The position numbers and the translations under genes are program-made. DNA of 64,000 nucleotides from contig JBGPIA010000001.1 of the NCBI GenBank assembly GCA_041484665.1, positions 480,001 to 544,000 of the forward strand, read 5' to 3'. This DNA is from Candidatus Krumholzibacteriia bacterium (GTDB lineage: Bacteria > Krumholzibacteriota > Krumholzibacteriia > JAJRXK01). This document shows positions 56,975 through 64,000 of this stretch, in pieces (the first letter of the stretch is position 1; each line of letters begins with the position of its first letter). The notes below the pieces were generated by a model. That model saw only the letters and a list, made by a program, of their open reading frames with translations. It was not told the origin of the DNA and did no database searches.

Positions 56975-57362
56975 CCTTCCGTCGCGGCGAGGTCAGACGG
57001 GGAACCGAGGGCGCCTCGTCCGGGGGTGCGGGGCCCGGAAACCAACCGTCGAGACTGAGGGAGGATACCACGTTCGTGCAGCCGCCCACAAGGCGGGTGG
57101 GAAGTCGGTGTGCGACGGCGCGCGGCAGCGGCAGGCAGTCGGGGAGAATGGTGGGGGCGGCCCGCCTCGGCATGCGACCACCCGGTCTCGCCTTCTGTGG
57201 TTGCGGTGGTGCTGCTCGTCGCGGCCGGGCCCTGCCCCCTCTGCTGCAGGTATCGGCTGCGGATGATCGGAACTTGACCGGTGGACGACGGTAGCGTGCT
57301 GGGTCCCGGTTCGGGCGCGGCCGCACCATCGTGGAGCGGCGTGCCGAGCGCCCCGGCCACGC

Positions 57363-58043
57363 TCAGGGCAGCGTCTCGCGCTGGAAGCGCGCGCAACCCT
57401 CCCCCCGCAGCTCGACGGTCCACAGCCCGTCGAAGCCTTGGATGCCGTCGCCCCATGATTCCTTGACGATGCCAAGCTGCTCGTCGCACGCGTGCGTCGC
57501 CCCCAGGGCGCGCAGCATCATCGGGATCGTGTTCGCGTGGCCAACGACGAGCACCGCGCGCGCGGGGCCCGCATGCTGAGCCAGCAGCCCGCTCAGGAAG
57601 CTGCTCACCGCGGCGGTGTCGGTGGTGGCTGCCGAAGCACTCAGCGGACAGCCCACCTGGAGCGAAAGCGGCAGCCCAGTGGCGAGCGCCCGCGTCGTGG
57701 GGCTGGCGTACACGGCGACGATGCCCTTGTCGGCAAGCCGTTGCGCCAGCCGCTGCGCGCGCTCCGTTCCCGCCACACTGAGCGGCCAGTACGCGTCGAG
57801 CTCCTGCTGCTGCGGCCAACCGTCGAGTTTCTCGGCGTGGCGAACCAGGTAGATGCGCTCGAGGGCCAGGGCGGGCAGGGGGATCGCAACGGCCGTGAGC
57901 GCCAGCACAGTCAGCGAGGTCAGGATGGCCCGGTCCGGCTGGACCGCTGCGAGCGGCCCTGCGACGCAACGACTGCGCGCGATCACGGCGCGCCAGACGT
58001 CCCGCAGACGCGTCCCGGGGCTCGCGCATCTTCGCGCCTTCAT
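57363..58043 (-). CDS. Exported histidine phosphatase (SixA/PGM-like)
   Basis: IYLVRHAEK, LS..G..RA..LA, VYASP..RA..T, LVVGHANTIP; ATGA overlap with the DPP IV stop. Confidence 0.9.
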   Translation of the reverse strand: MKARRCASPGTRLRDVWRAVIARSRCVAGPLAAVQPDRAILTSLTVLALTAVAIPLPALALERIYLVRHAEKLDGWPQQQELDAYWPLSVAGTERAQRLAQRLADKGIVAVYASPTTRALATGLPLSLQVGCPLSASAATTDTAAVSSFLSGLLAQHAGPARAVLVVGHANTIPMMLRALGATHACDEQLGIVKESWGDGIQGFDGLWTVELRGEGCARFQRETLP

Positions 58044-60523
58044 GGCTTGCCCTCCGTTCCTGCAGCCTGCGCGCCCGCGGGTGCGAGCACCCGATTGAAG
58101 AAGTCGCGCAGCAACGTGTAGACGTGCTCCTGGGCGTCCTTGCCCTCGATTCCGTGGGTCTTGTCGGGATACATCATTAGCTCGAATTGCTTGCCCGCCT
58201 GCTGCAGTGCACCGGCCATGCGCAGGGTGTTCTGCACGTGCACATTGTCGTCGCCCGTACCGTGGACCAGCAACAGCTTGCCGTACAGGTCCTTGGCGTA
58301 GGTCAGCAGCGCTCCGGCGTCGTAGCCGGCGGCGTTGTCCTGCGGCTGGCCCATGTAGCGCTCGGTGTACACCGTGTCGTAGAAGCGCCAGTCCACAACC
58401 GGCGCCACGCTCGCCGCCGCCGCGATCGCCCCCTTCGACCGCAACAGCGTCAGCGCGCTCAGATAGCCGCCGTAGCTCCAGCCCCAGATCGCGATGCGCT
58501 GCGGGTCGACGTACGGCAGGCTGGCAAGGTAGTGCGCGCCGGCGAGCTGGTCCTCCACCTCGAGCTGGCCCAGCCGTTTGTAGACCTGCTGCATGAACTC
58601 GCGCCCGCGGCCGCCCGTGCCCCGGTTGTCCAGCAGGAAGACGATGATCCCGTCTGTGGCGAGCGCTCGGTGGAACAGGTAGCGCTTGCCGCCCCACCTG
58701 TCGCCGACGATCTGCGAACCGGGACCGCCGTAGCAGTAGATCAGCGCGGGGTAACGCTTCGTCGCATCAAAAGCCGGCGGAAGGATGATCTGCGCGTTCA
58801 GTTCCGAGCTTCCTCCCGCACTTCCGACGCCGTCGTCCCCGACGGTGGCAGCGCCCCCTGCGGGCACGGTGAGAAAGCGCGTCTCGCCCACGGCAATGCT
58901 GTCCAGATCGGCCATCGAGTTGGGCTCGATCACGCGCACCAGCGAGCCGTCGATCCGGCGCAGCAGCATGCGGGGGCGTTGCGCGACGCTGCTGACGGTC
59001 TCGATGAAGTATCGGCCATCGGGCGCGACATCGGCCTCGTGCCAGCCGCCCGGATCACAGATGCGCTTGGGCTCACCCCCCTCCAGTGGAACCAGATCGA
59101 GCTCGCGCGTCAGCGGCCCGCCGCGGGTGGATTGGATCAGGACGGCGCCGGCCTTTTCGTCGACCTGGTAGATCGCGGTGACCTCCCAGGAGCCTGAGCT
59201 GCGGTGTGGAGGACCCAACGTCCCACAGTGGACGTAGAGTCGCCGCAAGCCGTCGCCGTCGCTCGTCCCTACCCAGCATCTCCCGCCGTGGAGGAACTTG
59301 AGGTTCTCCGCGATATCGATCCAGGCGACCGAAGAGTCGGCCCGCACAGTGACCCGGAATGTGGCTGGGGCGGCTTCGCGCGGCGCCGGGTTGGCCAGCT
59401 CGACCAATTCCAGCCGGGCTTGCCGCCGATCAAGCCGCTGCCAGATGAGTGATCGGCCCTCGCCGGTGAACTGCACGCGCGGAATGTAGCCATCCGCACT
59501 CGAGACATGATCGACGCGGTGCAGCTGCGTGCCCGATTCCGTGTCGACGACCAACAAATCGACCGATGCGTTTGCGGTCCCAGGCTTCGGATAGGGCAGA
59601 TCCTCGCGCTCAGGGTATGGCCCGTCCCGCACGCGGACCAGGGGGTAGGTCTGCTCGGCCGACGTATCGAAGCGCAGGTACGCGATCGAGCTGCCGTCTG
59701 GCGACCACCACCATGCCTCCTCCATCTCGAACTCTTCCTCGTAGACCCAGTCCGGGTCGCCGTTGCGCACGTGCTCGGCGCCGTCGGTCGTCAACGCCCG
59801 CGCCTCGCCCCCGCAAGACGGTGCGACGTAGAGGTTGTTTGCGACGACGAACCCAACTTGCGATCCATCGAGCGAGAATTTTGCGTGGAGCGCAGGCGAG
59901 CGCTTCGGCTGCGCGAGGGGGTGGAGCGTATGGTTCTTGAGGTCGTACACGTAATACACCGCCGTGTGCGAGCGGCGCCAGCGCTTCCTGCGCAGGGTCT
60001 CCAACAGCACGAAGCGGGCGTCCGAAGACACTTCGTACCCGTCGACGTTCAGCGATCCGTCCACATCGAGCGCCGTGCTGTCGGTGCGCGCGGGGCCCGT
60101 GACTGCCGGCGCCGCCGTACAGGCCGTGGCGGCCGTGGAGCTCGTCGCAGCGGTCGATTGCGTGGCGGTCCCGGCCCACGCGAGCGCGAGGTCCGCCGCA
60201 CGCAGCCACGTTGCCGTCTTGCCGGTCCGGACGTCGGTGCGGATCCAGTTGCCCTCTCGTCCGGCCACCTTCTCGCGAGTGAGATAGGCCTTGCCCCCCT
60301 CGATCCAGGTGATCTTGGGCAGCGACGCTCCGTCGTGGCGCTCAGTGCCGAAGAGGTCGTGCAGGGTCAGCTGGCCCGACGGCGACTCCGTCGACGTCGT
60401 CCCTGCGGATGCCGCAGCGTCAATGCTGCGGGCGCCCGCCAGGACGGCCGTCCGATCTGGGGCGGCAAGCAGCGCCACGGGCGGGACCAGTGCGAGCACG
60501 AGGATCGAGCGTAGGATGTTCAC
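58040..60523 (-). CDS. S9B dipeptidyl peptidase IV family
   Basis: NGDPDWVYEEE, WWSPDG, YPKPG, YGGPGSQ, DNRGTG, GWSYGG (Ser), HGTGDDNVH (Asp), YPDKTHGI (His). Confidence 0.96.
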   Translation of the reverse strand: MNILRSILVLALVPPVALLAAPDRTAVLAGARSIDAAASAGTTSTESPSGQLTLHDLFGTERHDGASLPKITWIEGGKAYLTREKVAGREGNWIRTDVRTGKTATWLRAADLALAWAGTATQSTAATSSTAATACTAAPAVTGPARTDSTALDVDGSLNVDGYEVSSDARFVLLETLRRKRWRRSHTAVYYVYDLKNHTLHPLAQPKRSPALHAKFSLDGSQVGFVVANNLYVAPSCGGEARALTTDGAEHVRNGDPDWVYEEEFEMEEAWWWSPDGSSIAYLRFDTSAEQTYPLVRVRDGPYPEREDLPYPKPGTANASVDLLVVDTESGTQLHRVDHVSSADGYIPRVQFTGEGRSLIWQRLDRRQARLELVELANPAPREAAPATFRVTVRADSSVAWIDIAENLKFLHGGRCWVGTSDGDGLRRLYVHCGTLGPPHRSSGSWEVTAIYQVDEKAGAVLIQSTRGGPLTRELDLVPLEGGEPKRICDPGGWHEADVAPDGRYFIETVSSVAQRPRMLLRRIDGSLVRVIEPNSMADLDSIAVGETRFLTVPAGGAATVGDDGVGSAGGSSELNAQIILPPAFDATKRYPALIYCYGGPGSQIVGDRWGGKRYLFHRALATDGIIVFLLDNRGTGGRGREFMQQVYKRLGQLEVEDQLAGAHYLASLPYVDPQRIAIWGWSYGGYLSALTLLRSKGAIAAAASVAPVVDWRFYDTVYTERYMGQPQDNAAGYDAGALLTYAKDLYGKLLLVHGTGDDNVHVQNTLRMAGALQQAGKQFELMMYPDKTHGIEGKDAQEHVYTLLRDFFNRVLAPAGAQAAGTEGKP

Positions 60524-60630
60524 AGCGAGCTCTCCCGCCCAGTGGCCGCGCCAGCTCGGACGGCCGGCCACGCGGCCCGGCGTGGCATCCCGGGCGTGCC
60601 CTCCCGGGGGCAAGCCACGCGGCGGCCGAG

Positions 60631-60679
60631 CGGTTGACCCGGGTAAACCGTCAGCATCTTGACGCGCGTACCCGGGTGC
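60631..60679. promoter_or_regulatory. Pair of ACCCGGGT-core palindromes upstream of the DPP IV gene
   Basis: CGGTTGACCCGGGTAAACCG (60631-60650) and GTACCCGGGTGC (60668-60679); centres 33 bp apart; adjacent AT-rich tract. Confidence 0.4.
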
Positions 60680-60845
60680 ACATTGCTTCATAAATATTTT
60701 CTGGACAATCGGTTATCGGTCCCGAATCCACGGGACGCTTCCGGCGCGCGCCCGCCGGCCGACGCGCTGGCGGCTGCGAGTCTGCTGCTGCGCGGGCGCC
60801 ACTGGCAAGCGCCGGCATCGTCGACAGCGCCGGCAATCGCCGGCG

Positions 60846-61904
60846 TCACCCGGTCGCGGGTTGCTGCTCCCACGCGGCCAGCTCGTGACGCACCAGTCCG
60901 GCCAGCGCCTCGATCCACGCTGGATGGTCGTTGAGGCATGGCACGAGCCGGAGCCTTCCGCCGCCGGCCTCCTGGAAGCGGCGCGCGGAGATTTCGCCGA
61001 TCTCGTCGATCGTCTCGAGACAGTCAGCGACGAAGCCGGGACACACGGCGTACACGGTGCCGACGCCCATCCGACCCAGCTCCATCAAGACCTCGTCGGT
61101 GTACGGCCGCAGCCAGGGCTCGGGGCCGAAGCGGCTCTGGTAGCAGAGGTGCCAGCGGTCCGCGCGCAGCCCGAGCGCCGCCGCCAGGGCGCGCGCCGTC
61201 GCGGCGCATTGCAACGGGTACATGTCGCCCTTGCGCGCGTAGCGCTGGGGAATGCCGTGAAAGCTGAACACCCAGCGGTCGGGCCGGCCGTGCGTGGCTA
61301 CGACTTCGCGTGCGCGGGCCGCCAGCGCCCCGATGTAGAGCGGGTCGGCGCAGAACGCCGGCAACGCGCGCAGCTCGGGCACGCGTCGCGCCGACGACGC
61401 GCGCACGGCGCGCTCGGTGGCGCTGCCAGTCCGCCGCAGCCGCCCCAGCGCCACCTCCACCCCGTCGATCACGCTGGCCACGGTCGTCGCCGAGGACTGC
61501 GGGAACATCGGCGCTACGAGCACCCGTTGCGCCCCGCGCTCGATCAGTCGCTCGAGCGCCAACGCCAGGGACGGCTCGCCGTAGCGCATCCCCATCTCGA
61601 CCTGAAGCTGCGGACCAAGGCGCTCCTGCAGCAGATCAGCCTGCCGGCGCGTGTTCAGCAGGAGCGGTGAACCCTGCGGCGTCCAGACACGCCGGTACAG
61701 CGCAGCGGAACGTCTTGGGCGAAACGCGAGAATCGGTCCGTACAGGATCGGCAGCCACAGCCAGCGCGGCAGGTCGATCACGCGCCGGTCGGACAGGAAC
61801 TCACGCAGGTAGCGCCGAAGCGCCGCCGCTGTGGGCGCGTCGGGCGTGCCGAGCTGGGCGAGCAGGATGCCGGTTGTGCTTCCGCTGTTGCTCATGGAGG
61901 CCAT
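60846..61904 (-). CDS. hemH: Ferrochelatase
   Basis: LGTPDAP, YLREFLSDRRV, GSPL, GMRYGEP, FSFHGIP, YQSRFGPEPWLRPYT, PGFVADCLETIDEI, PCLNDHP. Confidence 0.96.
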   Translation of the reverse strand: MASMSNSGSTTGILLAQLGTPDAPTAAALRRYLREFLSDRRVIDLPRWLWLPILYGPILAFRPRRSAALYRRVWTPQGSPLLLNTRRQADLLQERLGPQLQVEMGMRYGEPSLALALERLIERGAQRVLVAPMFPQSSATTVASVIDGVEVALGRLRRTGSATERAVRASSARRVPELRALPAFCADPLYIGALAARAREVVATHGRPDRWVFSFHGIPQRYARKGDMYPLQCAATARALAAALGLRADRWHLCYQSRFGPEPWLRPYTDEVLMELGRMGVGTVYAVCPGFVADCLETIDEIGEISARRFQEAGGGRLRLVPCLNDHPAWIEALAGLVRHELAAWEQQPATG

Positions 61905-61968
61905 CGCGCCCGCAGGCTAACGGAGCGCTCGTTGACGGGCTAGTCACTTTCGTCCCAAGGCCGCGGCG

Positions 61969-62403
61969 CTAGTCGCCCTCGTCCCCCGGCCGCCGCCGCA
62001 CCTTCTTCAACGCTGCGCGCCGGCGCTTCTGGTTGCGCCTGCGGGCGCGGCTGGCCGTCGACGGCGCGGTGGCCACGCGCGTCTTGCGTGGCCGCATCGC
62101 CATGGCCAGCAGGGCACGAAAGCGGCGCACGGCCTCCTCGCGGTTGGCCGCCTGGCTGCGCTGTGTCTGGCTGACCAGCCGCAGGACGCCTTCCGAATCG
62201 ATCCGCGTTCGCAGCGCCTCCATCACGCGCTGCCGCTGCGAATCGGTCAGAGACGGCGAGCGCGCGACGTCGAACAGCAGCTCGACGCGGGTGCTGGAGG
62301 TATTGACATGCTGGCCGCCGGGGCCGCCGCTGCGAGAGGTGCGGAAGCGCAGCTCGGCGGGGTGGATGCTGACGCGTGCGCTGATGACGATGGGATCGTC
62401 CAC
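61969..62403 (-). CDS. arfB: Alternative ribosome rescue peptidyl-tRNA hydrolase ArfB
   Basis: SRSGGPGGQHVN (GGQ), RSQAANR, basic C-terminal tail. Confidence 0.95.
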   Translation of the reverse strand: MDDPIVISARVSIHPAELRFRTSRSGGPGGQHVNTSSTRVELLFDVARSPSLTDSQRQRVMEALRTRIDSEGVLRLVSQTQRSQAANREEAVRRFRALLAMAMRPRKTRVATAPSTASRARRRNQKRRRAALKKVRRRPGDEGD

Positions 62404-62567
62404 GTGATGGCCTCCGCGGCCGGTGCCGGTGCGTGTGGGGTGTGCGGTCTCTGCCGCGCGCCCGACTCCGGCCGCGAAGGTTGCAGGTTGGGAGCGCCCG
62501 CTGCAAGAGGGCTCCCCCGGGTGATCTCAGCGCTCAGCGCCTCCCACCAAGGGGGTTCTGCTCCAGA

Positions 62568-62813
62568 CTAGGGCTGGCTCCAGTGACCGGGGACCCATTG
62601 ATAGCGGCCGCGGTGGTAGACGTAGTGCCCCTGCAACCACACGGCATAGGGATGCGGCTTGGGCGGTCGCACGACGACCACGGTCGTCTCGGTGGGTGGC
62701 GGAGGAGGCGTCGCGCTCGAGCAACCGGCCGCGGCCAACGCCGTGGCGGCGGCAGCCGCCAGGACGAAGACGCGGGCGGCGCGGACACAGGACGGCGTTG
62801 GCGGGTTCTTCAC
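62568..62813 (-). CDS. Small lipoprotein with YXWGXW/WXXGXW repeats
   Basis: GAGGAGG RBS, GTG start; lipobox LAAAGC, Pro-rich linker, VWLQGHY..YQWVPGHW. Confidence 0.85.
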   Translation of the reverse strand: MKNPPTPSCVRAARVFVLAAAAATALAAAGCSSATPPPPPTETTVVVVRPPKPHPYAVWLQGHYVYHRGRYQWVPGHWSQP

Positions 62814-63176
62814 GGATGTCCCTCCTCGAAGATGCCTGCGCCTTTCTGAGGCAAGATGCCGGCCAGGCCCGCTCCACCCAGGCGGGGAAGGGCGCGCGCT
62901 GCCCCCAGGGGAGCCGTGCGGGAGGGTCGCGGTGCGTTGCGGCCCGGCGGAAGCCGGCGGGTCGGTGCGGCGTCCGGCCTGGCCCCACGCGGAATGCGTT
63001 CGGCGGTAGCTTCTGTGTGTACCAATGGGTACACTCGCCCGCGGCTGAAGCGCCAGACCCGCAGCGCCCCCAGCGTTGCAGGGTTCTACCCCATGCCGTA
63101 GCCTACGGCCGCCCTCTGACAGGGCGCCCCCGGCCGACAACCTTTAGAACCTGTTGAACACCGAGGATGGCAATCG

Positions 63177-63992
63177 ATGCAGCGGAACCGCTTCCTGATC
63201 GCGTTTGCGTGGATTCCGGGCGCAGCCCTAGCAGCAGTCGCAGTGGCGCAGGCCCAGACCCAGGCCTCGACTGTGACCCGCTCCTCCGGCCCGACCCGCA
63301 CGGCCATGGACGAAGTGCGGCCCTTCTACTCGTGGGTGGAGGACGCCACGCTGGCCGACGGGCTGCGCATGGAGCCCGTGATGACGTGGGGCGACTTCGG
63401 CCACGGCAATGAGTTCACCCTCGGCCTGCAGGCCGGCGGCGAGGTCGTCACGGGTCTGGAGGTCGGCGGCGATCTCCATTTCATCTCCCTGGACCCTGAC
63501 GTGGGCGACGGCGAGACGGGCGTGAGCGACCTGGGTCTGTACGGTCGCTATTCGGTCTACGACCAGGAATTTCGCATCTTCCTGGGCGGTGGGCTGGACC
63601 TGCCGATCGGTAGCGAGAAGGTCGGAGCGAGCACTTTCGACTTCAAAATCTTCGGCGCCGGCCGCTACACCCTGCAGAACGACATGGTGATCTTCACCAA
63701 CATCGGCATCGAGAGCCTGGAGATCCCAAGCGCACCTGCCAACACCGATAGCCGCGAGAATGGTCTGCTGCTGGGCGGTGGCGTGCTGTGGCCCGCGACG
63801 ACGGAGCTGGGCATCATCGGCGAGCTCGATATTCGGGCCAACAACTACGCCATCTTCGGCGGCGGGGTGGACTACACGCTGCTGGGTGGCGGGCATCTGC
63901 GCGCCGGCATCGGCCTGGGCCTGGACGACCGTGCCCCGGACCTGCAGCTCAACCTGAGCTTCGCCACGTTACTGGGCGGCAGCGGGCGCTAG
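63177..63992 (+). CDS. Exported hypothetical protein, probable outer-membrane beta-barrel
   Basis: Signal peptide (AVAQA), alternating hydrophobic strands with Gly/Asp turns, GVSDLGLYGRY and LDLPIG motifs. Confidence 0.75.
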   Translation: MQRNRFLIAFAWIPGAALAAVAVAQAQTQASTVTRSSGPTRTAMDEVRPFYSWVEDATLADGLRMEPVMTWGDFGHGNEFTLGLQAGGEVVTGLEVGGDLHFISLDPDVGDGETGVSDLGLYGRYSVYDQEFRIFLGGGLDLPIGSEKVGASTFDFKIFGAGRYTLQNDMVIFTNIGIESLEIPSAPANTDSRENGLLLGGGVLWPATTELGIIGELDIRANNYAIFGGGVDYTLLGGGHLRAGIGLGLDDRAPDLQLNLSFATLLGGSGR

Positions 63993-64000
63993 CCGGGTAC

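Noticed and set aside
1..64000. Mobile elements, prophage, defence systems, rRNA and tRNA genes
   Set aside because: No transposase, integrase, phage, reverse transcriptase or nuclease motifs and no cloverleaf or rRNA signatures were recognised.

Overview
High-GC (roughly 70% by eye) chromosomal window from a diderm bacterium. Three secreted proteins end in an N/TPNPF...FlgD-Ig tail, and several large lipoproteins are present; both suggest an FCB-affiliated lineage such as Latescibacterota/Krumholzibacteriota/Eisenbacteria (inference). Housekeeping and envelope content: pstSCA with a Pho box, RluA, ChaB, an M16 peptidase pair, two BCP peroxiredoxins, LPS/glycan genes, a Dus, a CYTH protein, MarR, a penicillin acylase, a cobalamin-type ABC importer with PduO, a FIST protein, MacAB-like genes, DPP IV, ferrochelatase and ArfB. 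I found no rRNA, tRNA, CRISPR array or mobile element. Main leads: (1) a receiver/HEAT-repeat/GT2 operon whose inner-membrane synthase is fused, via an internal signal-peptide-like segment, to a YaiO-like outer-membrane barrel; (2) an NTT/TLC-like transporter whose UGA is followed by a bSECIS-like hairpin and an open 20-codon extension (candidate selenoprotein); (3) a barrel-only pyruvate kinase homolog with eroded catalytic motifs; (4) a stand-alone divergent RelA/SpoT-type nucleotidyltransferase; (5) a Dus resembling eukaryotic Dus3; (6) candidate structured RNAs. All family calls come from motif recognition by eye; no searches were run. Where I moved a start from the ORF track, I used RBS or overlap evidence.
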